Assembly: GCF_006345805.1 (NCBI RefSeq)
Contig: NC_043009.1
Span: forward strand, 8,432,001-8,496,000
Direction of reading: 5' to 3'
DNA: 64,000 nt
From: Octopus sinensis
Taxonomy: Eukaryota
Made by a program: the position numbers and the translations under genes. How positions within the stretch are numbered: position 1 is the stretch's first letter; each line of letters opens with the position of its first letter. Positions 23,222-35,652 of the stretch are shown one piece after another. Under the pieces are notes generated by a model that was given only the letters and a program-made list of their open reading frames with translations, was not told the origin of the DNA and did no database searches.

Positions 23222-24762
23222 TCTTCATCGTTTAACGTCCGTTTTCTGTGCTGCATGGGTTGGACGGTTCGACTGGGGTCTGGGAAGCCAGGAGGCTGCA
23301 CCAGGCTCCAGTCTGATCTGGCAGTGTTTCTACAGCTGGATGCCCTTCCTAACGCCAACCACTCCGTGAGTGTAGTAGGTGCTTTCTACGTGCCACCGGC
23401 ACAGGTGCCAGGGGAGTCTGGCAGCAGTCACGATCAGTTGGTGCTTTTTACGTGCCACTGGCACAGAAGCCAGTCAAGGTGGCGCTGGCATCGGCCACGT
23501 TCGGATGGTGCTTTTTACGTGCCACCGGCACAAGTATCACAGCTACTATTTCCATTGATATTTATTTCGATGTTCATGTACTTGACTCAATAGGTCTCCT
23601 CAAGCACAGCGGGTTGTTCTGAAATCCAAGGTACTTTGAATGGGCTGGGGCTATGTGGAACTGGTGCAGGAAGCAGCCCGGGTCTTTGCAGTCACAGCAT
23701 ATCTCCAGAGATCTCGGTCCTTCGTCATTGCCTCTGTGAGGCCCAATGCTCTGAGGTCATGCTTGACTACCTCATCCCATGTCTTCCTGGGCCTACCTCT
23801 ACCCCTGATACTTTCAACTGTTTGGGAGCGGCACTTCTTCACACAACTCTCCTCATCCATCCACAGTACATGACCATACCATCGCAAGCATCGCTCTTGC
23901 ACACCACATCTGATGCTTCTTATGTCCAGCATTTCTTTCAGGGTGCTTACACTCTGTCGTGCGTGCACACTGACATTACACATCCAGCAGATCATGTTAG
24001 CTTTATTTCTTTCAAGTCTATGCATGTCCTCTGCAGTCACAGCCCATGTTTCACTACCGTGAAGCATGGCAGTTCGCACACATGCATCATACAACCTACC
24101 TTTCACTCTGAGCGAGAGACCCTTTGTCGCCAGTAGGGGTAGTAGCTTTCTAAACTTAGCCCAGGCTATTCGTATTCTAGTGGTGATACTCTCTGAGCAT
24201 CCACCTCCACTACTAACTTGGTCACCTAGGTAGTGGAAACTATCAACTACTTCTAGTTTCTCCCCCTGGAGTGTGATGGAATCTGTTTTCTGAGTATTTG
24301 TGGTGTCTATTGTCCCTGTGCATCTGCCGCACATGAAAGCTATCTTATCAGTTAATTTCCCTTTGATGTTGCTGCACCTCTTATGCGTCCATAGCTTACA
24401 CTGGGTACATCTTATGGAGTTTCTACCTACACCTTTCCTACAGATCGAGCAGGGCCACCTGCCCGAGGGTGTGTGTGCTGAGTTCGCCTTTCTGCTTACT
24501 ATAACTTTGGTCTTTGCTACATTTACTCTAAGGCCCTTTGATTCTAAACCCGAAATTTCTTTTCTAGTTCTGGTAGTGATTCTGCTATGAGGGCCAGGTC
24601 ATCAGCATAGAGGAGCTCCCAGGAGCAACCTGTTTTGAATTCCTCTGTTATTGCCTGGAGGACTATGATGAATAAAAGGGGACTGAGGGCTGAACCTTGG
24701 TGTACACCTACTTCTACCTGAAATTCTTCACTATATTCATTGCCAATCCTAACCTTGCTGAC
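23222..24762 (-). mobile_element. 5'-truncated RTE-clade LINE (RT C-terminal half, Cys-rich domain, C-terminus, 3'UTR)
   Basis: ORF 24544..24777 GVHQGSALSPLLF..LLYADDL; ORF 23651..24334 RLYDACVRTAMLHGSETW..LRWYGHV..RGRGRPRKTW; one frameshifting deletion near 24545; repeat-D-type 3' end at 23222-23400. Confidence 0.95.
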
Positions 24763-26510
24763 TAATGCCTCTTTCAATTTAACTATAAATTTTTTTCGGC
24801 TGACTATAGCGTCCTTGATGCATGAACTACGACCTTTTGGCTGCCATCTTCACATTTGTGTAGGAGTACAGCATCTAACCCATATTCACTAGCATCTGTT
24901 GCCAGTATTGTTTCCAATTTCAGATTGAAGTTTGTAAGTGACAGGTCTGAAGTTAACACGCCTTCCATCATTTTCCTGACCAAAACCATTTGGCATCCCT
25001 TAATTAACACCCCATTTAGTGGAGCCCTTGTGTTGTGTATGTTTGGGATATATATATATATATTTGATAATAGTTTACCAAGCCTAAAAATGCTTGTAAC
25101 AATTTGACGTTCATTGGGGGAAGTGCATATTCTGTATTGCTGTTACCTTTCTTGGTTCTGGCCTTTGTCCCCCTTTCATTAATTACTTGACCTAACTATT
25201 TGATTTTTTAATCAAAAATTCATACCTTTTCTCTGTTAGTCTAAACCGATATTCATTTATTTTTCTAAATACTCTTTTAATATGTTCAAAGTGTTGCTCC
25301 ACCGACTCGCTCTTTATCAAAATATCATTGAGATAAGCAATAGCGAAGTCACAGTCATTTAACATTGTGTCCATCACTTGTTGGAATATGGCAGGTACCA
25401 CATTTACTCCAAAAGGAAGCGGCTTGAATTTATACAATCCATGGTGTGTATTGATTGTTAAAAGGTGTGTGCAACCTTCCTCTACTTGTATCTGTTGATA
25501 GGCCTCCAAGAGATCTTGCTTCCAGAAAATTTTTCTTTCATTTATTTTTTTGAGAACACTTCTTTTGGCTTTGATAATGGATGATTGTCTTTGACTAAAC
25601 ACTTAAAAAGTCCACACACATTCTTTGTTTATTATTTTTTTCTTCCCATAAACTGTCAGAGCTGCCCAGTCTGAATGGTTGACTTTTTCAATTATATCTA
25701 GACTTTCTAGTCTTTCCAGCTCTTTATTTTTGTGGTCTAATGCCGCAAATGGCACATTCCATTTGGCTCTAAAAACAGGTGTTGTCTTTTCTTTTACTAC
25801 AATCCTCACTTTTGTTTTAGTGCAACAGTCTAATCCTTCCAAAAATTTAATTTTTTGTTTCAGTTGTTCAACTTCACTGGAACTTTTGACTGTGCCAACT
25901 ACATTTTCACAGAAACCACTAATGGGGAGTATCCCACATTTTCAATAACTCCATGCATTCTGTGACAAATAGGTTTAGTGATTTTTTTCAACATGGAAAT
26001 GATTGTCCTTTTTGTTTCTGCAAATACATTCGCCAATGAAATATAATTTCTTTCCTCAAGCACCATATGCTACTATAGTTCATTTAAATATATTTCTTTA
26101 GTGCCCACAAGGGGCTAAACACAGAGGCGACATTTAAATCATTTCAGCTTACTGATTCGTTGCCACGTTTCTTCATTTATGATTAGTGATGTCACTACCC
26201 ATGTCTCATTGCATTTTGACACTAGCGGTTTCAATTCCCACCTTGATGAATTTTCTGTTCGTTGTACAGACTTTTTTCTCAGATGACAAACTTTTTATTC
26301 TTTCTTGTTTGATCCAATTTTTTGTCATCTTGGTTCTGCAGTGCAATTTAATGTATCCTGTGTTCCCTCAATGAAAACAACTGCTTTTTTGAACAGAAAC
26401 TCTTTTCTCAGGTTCCTACCACTGCATGCCGTACATTTGTTTATCATTATATATCGTATGTTTTGTGAAACCCTTTATCCCTCTTCCAACTTCCACACTG
26501 GTTTTATCTA
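24763..26510 (-). mobile_element. Ty3/Gypsy LTR retrotransposon internal remnant (gag knuckle, protease, RT, start of RNase H)
   Basis: Decayed D(T)GSDI protease motif near 26200; PVFRAKWNVPFA, DLLEAYQQI, LPFGVNVVPAIFQQVMD, YLNDIL (RT); LATDASEYG..ASRTL (RNase H); many stops and frameshifts; no LTR identified. Confidence 0.92.
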
Positions 26511-26515
26511 TGCTT

Positions 26516-26700
26516 GACAACCAGTGTTGGTTTGTCTACATTCCCTGTAACTCAGTGTTTGGGCAAAAGAGACTGATAGAATAAGTGCTAGGCTTAAAAA
26601 TAAATACCAGAGTTGATTTTTTTCAACTAAACCCTTTCAGGCAGTGCCTCAGTATGGCCATAGTCCAATGAGTGAAACAAGTAAAAGAGAAAAGAGAAAA
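26516..26700 (+). mobile_element. SINE-A 3' half
   Basis: GACAACCAGTGTTGG..TGAAACAAGTAAAAGAG. Confidence 0.8.
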
Positions 26701-26949
26701 GAGATGGTCACAGGAATGGTTGTGTGGGGGAAGAAAGTCATTCACAACAGCAGTATGGTTTCAGCTTCATTTCCATAGCTTGGCATGTTGTGCAAAGTGT
26801 CTGCTACCATACCTTCAGGCTAATCAATTCATTGTAAGTGAAATCTGGTTGACAGAAACTGCACAGTGGCCCTGTGTATGCAGGACTACTAAATGTTACT
26901 GAATTTTGAGATTTAAAAGTGATAAAATAAATGAATAAATAAATCAACT

Positions 26950-27560
26950 GATTCTTATCAAACCTTTCTGCTGCCAATATTAACCCTTTATTTTCGCAGT
27001 TTTTCACAACCCATGGAATATTTTTGGAATCTAGTCTTCAACTGCTGTTGATATATTATCACATTGATGTAGCAGACTACTCCCTCTTGATTTCTCTTCT
27101 CTCCAATCCAACCGTGTAATAAATAAGATACAATATTTCCAGTGAGGACAAGATCTGTCTTCACTGGATACGCCAAACAACCCCCAAATCACTGATCAAA
27201 TAGCTTAAATTACCCATCAAAGCAAATAGCTTGCCACAGAGAGATGTCTTTTTTCTCTCCCCCTCTTCACTCTTGTAAGCAACACTCTGATAATCTCTTT
27301 AGATAAATAGACATACATTTCACCGAACATTCATTATTGCTTTCAACAACTTAGTTTAAAAAATAGCTTTCTTTCAATACCTCTGCCAGCTTTTGGTATT
27401 TCATCATGCTGCTGTTATCTCAACTTCCATGTAGCTTCAGCATTACCAGAATTCCAATTTATAATATGGGAGAGGGTGTCCTGAGTAACTCTATATATTC
27501 ATCTTCCTGAAGGAAGCTGAGACTGGTATTTATCAACCATACCCATCTTTTGGGATACTT
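26950..27560 (-). mobile_element. possible L1/Tx1-clade RT fossil
   Basis: Loose matches in the expected order: YQKLAEVLK, LLHGWIGEKRNQEG, GLILAAERFDK (cf. G.ILxLDxEKAFDRV); heavily decayed. Confidence 0.35.
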
Positions 27561-28199
27561 CTATTATAGAGCTTCTTTTAAAAAAAACTCTTTTTTTTCT
27601 TCTTTTTTAATTGTACAAATTTATTTCTTCCCAAAACTCCAAGCAAAGGATGTTATTCATACTGGAAACATGGTCAGACTTTCCAGTGAAATATTTTGTT
27701 TTTATCTTTAATTTGCTATTTCTTTTCCTGGTGTTTGGAACGTAAAACGTAACTTCAGTTTCCATATTATATATGTGTGTGTGCATACATTACTTTAAAC
27801 ATAGAACCTGAAGATGGCAGGAGAATATACCATGACAAATAATAGCATAAGTGCATAAATTGTATATCTTTCTTTTTCAATGTAATGATGTTGTTAAGAG
27901 TTCTGAGTCACTAATTATTATTTCATTTTCTCATACAAATATCACGACCAACAGTGTAACCTTTTATGATCAGAAGTATCCATCAAATAGAGATTAAACC
28001 CCCTCTCCTCAATGACTTTGGTAAATGAAGTGTCTACACTTTTTATTTTTCATTCAAGATTCCTTGGAAGTGAGAAATAACATTTTTATTGGACTACCAA
28101 AGTTATTACTTTACAAATTTATAGTTTACAATAACGAGTTGACACCTGTACATCTTCATTACTCATATTTTATTCACCTAACTTGGAATCTGCACTTGG

Positions 28200-28850
28200 A
28201 AATACCAGCACAGTCATTCTTTCTTGTATACCACATCTGATGCCTCTTATGCCCAACTTTTCTCTCAAGATGCCTACACTCTGTTGAACATGCACACTGA
28301 CATTGCACATCCAGTGAAGCATACTGGTTTCATTTCTTTCAAGCCTATGCATGTCCTCAGCTGTCATAACCCATGTGTCACTGCTGTGTAGCATAGCTGT
28401 TCACAACATACAATCTGCCTTTCACTCTGAGGGAGAGGCCATTTGTTGCCAGCAGAGGTAGGAGCTCTCTTGAACTTTGCCCAGCCTAATCTTATTCTCA
28501 CAGCTATGCTCTCGGAGCATCCACCTCTGCTACAAACTTGGTCACCTGGATAACGTAAGCTATCTACAACCTCTAGCTTGCTCTGCTGGCAGCTGTTGGA
28601 GTCTATTTTCTGTAAATTTTGATGTTTATTTTACCTGTGCATCTTCCACACACAAAAACTATTTTCCCTATTAGCCTTCCTCTGATACGGCTGCACCTCT
28701 TATGTGTCCATAGCTTACACTGGGTAATACGTCTTGTAGAGTTTCTACCTTTGCCTTTTCTACAGATCAAGCATGGCCATCTACCTGAAGGGATTTGGAA
28801 TTCATCTGCCTTCCTACTTAGTAAGACTTTGGTTTTTGTTCAGTTAACTG
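28200..28850 (-). mobile_element. second RTE LINE fragment, same lineage as 23222-24762, more decayed
   Basis: MLHSSDTWVMTAEDMHRLERNE; Cys-rich GRWPCLICRKG..CKLWTHKRC. Confidence 0.88.
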
Positions 28851-28855
28851 TAATA

Positions 28856-28900
<45 letters not shown>

Positions 28901-28961
28901 GTTAACTCTCTCTCTGTATGTATATATATATATGTTAACTCTCTTTATATGTATATATATC

Positions 28962-29330
28962 ATAATCATTATCATCAAATGTCCATTTACCATTCTGGCA
29001 TGGATTGGATGGATTGATTGGAGCTGGTAAGGCCAGGGGCTCTACTAGGTTCCATTGTCTGTTCTGGTATGGTATCTATGGCCTGATACCCTTTCTAATA
29101 CCAACCACTCCACAGAGTGCACTGGGTGCTTTTGACATATGACCCAGCACATGTGCTTACAAAGTGGAACCAACACAAGTGCCTTTTATGTGGCGCCAGC
29201 ACCAGTAACACTTCTGCTGTGGTGGTGGGGGTCCACTTGAGTTACAGCATCTCAGTCCTTTGTCAAGGTGCTGCCAAACCAGTGCCAGGCCTGGGTGCCC
29301 ACTAGCCACTGTCATGGCTTCCCTGTTTCA
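28962..29330 (-). mobile_element. repeat-D / RTE 3'UTR copy
   Basis: CATAATCATTATCATCAAATGTCC..CCAACCACTCCACAGAGTG. Confidence 0.7.
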
Positions 29331-29908
29331 TGCCCCACCCCTTCTGTCCGACTAAATTTAAACTTAAATATAATTTTGTCCATACTCCATTCATTCTCTG
29401 TTCATGACTTTCACACAAGTCAAACTGTCCACTATGCGTTTCCCTAACAGTCCTTGCTTATTTGTTGCTGTAGTGCATTTGTTCTGAATCATTTAAGCAG
29501 GAAACAGCAGATATGTACCATAAATAATATTTTCTTTAGCTTTGCACTTCATTTCTTCTCCCTTATTTTGGGTTACATGTATTTAGTTTTAGCATTATAT
29601 ATAATTCAATATATATCAAGTAGGATTCTGCCTATTACAGGTACTATGTAAACCAATGCAACCTACCTCATAAAACTCTGTGTGTGAAAGAGACCTCTGC
29701 TTGCTCCCCCCAAATTAAAAATTTATATCTTTCAGTAAGTGAAATAGCTTCTCACAGTGAAACCAACCACCAGGTATGAGGATGCATTGGAGAGGAGATG
29801 AGTCCCCAGGTTGTCAGTTTATTGAAATACACGTTACTATGTACCTACCTACAGCTTCCAGGGGCTATAGATTTTGAATGATTATAGAGCAATATGGAAA
29901 GTATATCA

Positions 29909-30130
29909 GATATTGGTTTCAAATTTTGGTACAAGACCAGCAGTTTTGGGGGATGGGATAAGTCGATTATTTCAGCCCCAGTGTTCAGCTGGTACTTATT
30001 TCATCGACCCTGAAAGAATGAAAAGTAGAGTCAACCCTGGCAGTGTTTGAACTCAGAATGCAGGGACAAACAAAATGCTGCTAAGCCTACGATTCTGCAG
30101 GCTAATGATTCTGCTGGTTCACTGTCTTAA
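29909..30130 (-). mobile_element. SINE-B copy
   Basis: TGGTTTCAAATTTTGG..ACTTATTTCATCGACCCTGAAAG..GAACTCAGAA. Confidence 0.85.
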
Positions 30131-31778
30131 TAGCATATCAGATATTGCATTTGAAAAGCAAAAACAAACCAAGAGACAAATAACATTGAGTTTGTGCAAA
30201 GACTCAGATGATGAAATTTATTGAATTAAAAAAAAAAAAATGTGTTTTCTCACATTTTCCTGTTGTGAAAAAAAGGAGAGAAAAAATATCAAGCAGTTTA
30301 ATTACAAAGACTAACTAACGAAGAGTGGGTAGGCAGGTAATCCTTTAATTTAGCAGCATCCAGCTATGATTTTTATTTTATTTACACCCGTTGTGTTAAA
30401 TCTTGCTGGATTTGAACTCAGCAATGCAAATTAATGAAACAGTTTCAGTAGTGAATCATACTTAGTCATGGCATCTATTCTCAGTCAAAGGATTTGTCTT
30501 ACTGAGAGCAAACAATGTGCAACAAGACGTACAAGATAGGAAAGTGTCAAACCTTCAAACCGTTGCTAGTTTCTGTAGATTCTACAGTTTCAGCTCAGCC
30601 ACAGAGATTAAGCCAGCCCCTTGTTGTCTAAGCCAACTGTCAGATCCTATTATCATAATCAATATTAATGTTTGAACCTTTAAACATATACTTTATTGAT
30701 GGAAGAAAGAGGTTATATGTATTTTCCAAGTTCCACATTATATATCCATTTCAATCAAGAAACAAATGTCGTAACCAATTATCTATCATGTCATGATAAC
30801 CAAACTTTTGCTATTTAAAATGGACAGAATCACCACATTATACGGAAATAAACTTTAGCGGGTCAGCTTGGCCACTGATAGTTTTTATCAGGTGACCAAA
30901 GTGAAATACTATAGAATACTCAAAACTCTGGGTTGTTGTTGTTGTTTTGTGACAGGTCAGTATTGATTCTGCAAACCTATGATCAAATTAAGTCCAACCA
31001 TGACCATCTAGACTTTTTTTCCTCAGCATAATGCATGCAGGACCACATTATGCAATGTATGTGATTTGAGGTAGACTTAGTTGCTATTTCTTGTAGAGGC
31101 AAATGACCATATAGAGGATCTCTCTCTCAAGTTTTAGTCTCTACAGACCATAAGTTTTTAATTTATGCTGTCAACACAGAGCAAAAATGAAATTATTTGT
31201 TGAAACGTTGAAAGCTTTTGTTTAAAGAAACAAAATGCTTATCCCAAACAAAATGCTTATCAGAAAGGGATTATAGTAAAGGGTTTGATAGGTCAGTTTT
31301 GCTTGTTATTCTTCTGGGGTTTAAAAAAAAAGTGTATGTATATATGTTTGTGTGTGTGCGTGTATATGTGTGTGTGTATATATATATGTATTTCAGTTGA
31401 GTAATCTCACAGTTACCCCCTCACACACATACACACATACATACTCTTACAGAACTAACTTTATGCTAAGTCAGAAAGAAAACCCCTTATCTTTGTTCTT
31501 CGTTATTTTAATGGATTTGACCAGCCGTTAACTCTCATGATGCTACGTGAAGAAATAAATTGATTGTGTTAATGTACATTAGAGTATAAAATAAATGTGC
31601 TTACGTTTTACTTTCTAACAAGAATTATTTTTAATGTCTTCACTTACTTAAGAGAACAATTCTGTAATAAACTGATTAATTCAGTTGGAGATAGTTGCAA
31701 GGACGGGAGGAGGAGGGAGGGGGGATTGTTAATATTTAACATAGCAGACATGTAGCAAATGGTAAAAACTTTCTTCTT

Positions 31779-32305
31779 CCTTCTTTCTTCTCATTTCTTC
31801 TTCTTTTTCTTCTTCTTCTTCTTTACCTTCTTCTTCTTTACCTTCTTCTTCTTTACCTTCTTCTTCTTCTTCTTCTTCTTCTCTCCTTCTTCTTCTCTTC
31901 TTCTTTCATATTCTTCTTCATCTTTCTTTTTATCTCTTCTTTCATATTCTTCTTCATCTTTCTTCTTCTCTATTCTCTTTTTCATATTCTTCATTCCTTT
32001 TCTTTCACATTCTTCTTTTCTTTGCCTTCTCCTCCTCCTCCTTTCATCTTCTTTTTCTTCTCTCGTCTTTCATATCCTTCTGCCTTCATATTCTTCTTCC
32101 TCTCTTTTTCTTCTTCTTCACATTCTCCTTGCTTACCTTTTTCTTCCTCTCTTTTTCTTTACCTTCTTCCATATTCTTTTTCTTCTCTCATCTTTCATAT
32201 TCTTCTACCTTCATATTCTTCCTCTCTTTTTCACTTTCTTCTTCTTCTTCTTCTTCTTCTTCTTCTTCTCCCTCCTCCTCCTCCTCCCATCACATTCTTC
32301 TTCAT
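31779..32305. repeat. ~520-bp polypyrimidine (CTT)-rich low-complexity tract
   Basis: Directly visible; source of the F/S-rich and K/E-rich ORFs. Confidence 0.95.
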
Positions 32306-32625
32306 ACACTGACATTATCCTTATTGAGTTAATCAAAACTAATTCATTCTAAATATTATTAACTGCTCAAATACAAGAGTGTGAAGGAATTTGGAACTTT
32401 GTGAAGGAAAAAATAATGTTTACCCTATCAGACATTAGGCACCATGTTGCTTCATTTTGTTCTTTGCAAGCGATGCAAGTGTGTGGCACTGCTTCGTTTA
32501 TCCTCTGCATCTCTCTTTCCTTCAGTTTCCTTTTTTTTTTTTTTTCTCCATTTTATTACTGTATTTCATTTGTTTTGTTATTGCTATTGCTGTGATGTTT
32601 TTGTTTTATTTCTTGCTTATATTGT

Positions 32626-32627
<2 letters not shown>

Positions 32628-32709
<82 letters not shown>

Positions 32710-32794
32710 ATATATATATACACATACATATACACACATATATATATATATACACACAACATATATATATATACACATACATATATATATATAC

Positions 32795-32825
<31 letters not shown>

Positions 32826-33015
32826 CATATACATATATATATACACATACATATACATATATATATACACATACATATACATATATATATATATACATAT
32901 ACATATATATATACATATACATATATATATACATACATATACATATATATATATATATACATACATATACATATATACATATACATATATATTTACATAT
33001 ATATACATATATATA
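32628..33015. repeat. (AT)n/(ATAC)n compound array
   Basis: Directly visible. Confidence 0.95.
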
Positions 33016-33921
33016 TCTTTTTTTATATCTGTCTTTTAGTTGCCATTAGTTCCAATATGGGAATATTAAAATAAATAAATAATGTATAAAAAAAACCTCT
33101 TTGATAAAACAAAAACAAAGCCAAAATTATCTTTATTTTTGGTGTCTTTATACATCTACATGCATGCAAACATACATACATATATGTATAAATATATATA
33201 TGCATATATAGGTGTGTGTGTGTGTGTAGATAGATGTATGGATATAGATATGTAGATATATGTGCTCTCTTTTGTTTCATAGTTTCTCTAAGAAGTCCCA
33301 TTTGCTGATTGGATTTTCATCCAAATAAAGAGTTGTTATATGAGGAAAAATAACGATGTAATCAATGTGGCAGAAGCTCAATCGTTAGGGATGTCTGTAC
33401 AGGATCTCAGTCAGCAAAGAAATTATGTGATGTTGTACCAATTTAATCTATTCCTTCTTTGTTTTTTTCTTATGGTTTCAGTCTGTGTTTGGTTGTTGTT
33501 GTTGTTGTTGCCCCGACTGAGTTTAGCCTATGATCAATGTGTCCATTTCATTGTTTTTATTTTCTTTCCTTTTTGTTTGTTTGTTTGTTTGTTTGCTTTT
33601 AAGATTGCAATGTGGGATTAGAGGGAAATTTGGCTGCTATTTCTCACGAGTTTAGTCACCTCATAGAGGTTCTTTTGCTGGTGCATTTCTGTGTCCCCAG
33701 GTCAACTTTGACAGAGCAACCAAACCAGGGCCATTCCAGCATTAGCAACATTGTCTTTATTATCTTTTATAAGATGATAAAGTGAGATCTGCAAGAGATT
33801 TAGTTGTTATTTCTAGCAAGCTGAGTGACACATAGAGATTCCCTCACCTGCTGTAGGTGGTGTTTTCTCTTTCCCCCAAAATCAAGTCTTTCAGAACAAA
33901 TGCCCAAAAACTTTCAGTAGG

Positions 33922-34312
33922 GTGCAGGTATGGCTGTATGGTAAGAAGCTTGCTTCCCAATCACATGGTTCTGGGTTCAATTCCACTGTGTAGTACCTTG
34001 GGAAAGTGTCTTCTACTATAGCCCTGGGCCGACCAAAGCCTTGTGAGTGGATTTGGTAGACAGAAACTAAAGGAAGCTCATCATATATGTGTGTGTGTGT
34101 CTGTATTTACGCCCCCCCCCCATCACTTGACAACTGGTGCTGTTTACATCCCCATAAATTAGTGGTTCAGCAAAAGTGACCGATAGAATAAGTACCAGAC
34201 TTGAAAAGAAAGTACTGAGTTTGATTCACTTAACTAAAAGAATTATTTAAGGCAGTCCTCCAGCATGGCTGCAGTCTAATGATTGAAACAAGTAAAAGAT
34301 AAAAGAAAAGAA
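33922..34312 (+). mobile_element. SINE-A, full length
   Basis: Head GGTATGGCTGTATGGTAAG..GGGTTCAATTCC; tail TGAAACAAGTAAAAGATAAAAG. Confidence 0.9.
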
Positions 34313-34926
34313 AAGGTTTGTCTTTCCCTTTAAGGGATGCTAATAAATTCTTGTCTTTACGTTAGGGTATTGTTCTATCAATACTTGCTTTTTAAAAAAA
34401 TTAAATAATACTGAATAATAATGCAATTTTTAAAGTTAGAGTATCCATGGTGATGGTGGGACTGTTATTGTTGTTTGACCCTAGGTCAGCCTTGATTGAC
34501 TAGTTCTAAGGCCAAATGTATTCCAGCCATGATCTCTCCAACTTTCTGAAGATGCCATTTTCAAGGTCCTACCCCACTATTTTTTTTTGATTTGGGGACA
34601 CAGAAATGCACCAGCAATTTGTGGGAGATTTGGTTGCTCTTTTTATCAAGGTGCACAGCAGCCTAAAAATCTTTCTTTGGTTTAAGAGTAGTCTTCATAA
34701 TTCTTGTTGTTATATTAGCCCCTAACTCATCTCTGATTAAACAGACATCTGATCAGAAGCATTCAAACCATGACCATCTCGACTTTTTTTCAAATACAGT
34801 CTTCCTTGGATTATGCTATCTAGTGTGTTTTTTCATAGTCTCTGAGGCTACTGGAAAGAAAAGAGAAAATTGTCCTCAAGCCCAAGAGACCCAGGCTGAA
34901 TGTCTACTAAGAATCAGATGGTGCTA

Positions 34927-35152
34927 TTAACCCTTTTGATACCAAATTGCCTGACGTTGCCCCTGGTCCTATGATACAAACCTCCAGTTTTAAACTAATC
35001 TAAGTTAAACTGTGCACTAAAATTTCCAGTTAATTTGTGCTCCAAACACAGTTTAATAATGATAATTATTTGAGTAAATGTTTCATTATTTTTAGAATTA
35101 ATTGAAACAAAGTTGGTATATTTCAACAGAAATATGGGAACAAAAGGGCTAA
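34927..35152. mobile_element. ~225-bp TTAA-flanked MITE
   Basis: TTAACCCTTTTG..CAAAAGGGCTAA; co-linear with 56926-57153. Confidence 0.8.
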
Positions 35153-35191
35153 TCCTTTAACATTCACATTATTCTATCGAAAGTCATACTT

Positions 35192-35340
35192 AAGGTGGCG
35201 AGCTGGCAGAAACGTTAGCACGCCGGGTGAAATGCTTAGCAGTATTTCATCTGTCTTTATGTTCCGAGTTCAAATTCCGTCAAGGTTGACTTTGTCTTTC
35301 ATCCTTTCAGGGTCGATAAATTAAGTACCAGCTGCATACT
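35192..35340 (+). mobile_element. SINE-B, 3'-truncated
   Basis: GGCGAGCTGGCAGAAACGTTAGC..TCATCCTTTCAGGGTCGATAAATTAAGTACCAG. Confidence 0.9.
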
Positions 35341-35652
35341 GTGTTACCCCACCCTCCATATTCACCAGTTATTGCTCCTTCGGATCTCTACTTATTCAGG
35401 TCTCTGCAGAATAGTCTTAATGATAAAAATTTCAATTCCTTGGATGATGCAAAAAGATACCTTGATGAATTGTTTGCCATCAAACTACCTCGATTCTGGG
35501 AAGAGGGTATTTTCAAGTTAAAGGAAAGATGGAGATGCATTGTGCAACAAAATGGTTCATATTTGATTGATTAAAAATGTAATGGCAATTATTTATTGAC
35601 CTTTTTCTTTTCTTTAAAAATCTGCACAAACTTTCCGAACAACCCAACAGAT
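35341..35652 (+). mobile_element. mariner transposase C-terminal fragment plus right TIR
   Basis: LPHPPYSPVIAPSDLYLFRSLQNSL..GIFKLKERWRCIVQQNGSY; TIR-like AAACTTTCCGAACAACCCAA. Confidence 0.92.

Noticed and set aside
31759-32352. 197-aa F/S-rich ORF and K/E-rich antisense ORF
   Set aside because: Translation of the (CTT)n low-complexity tract.
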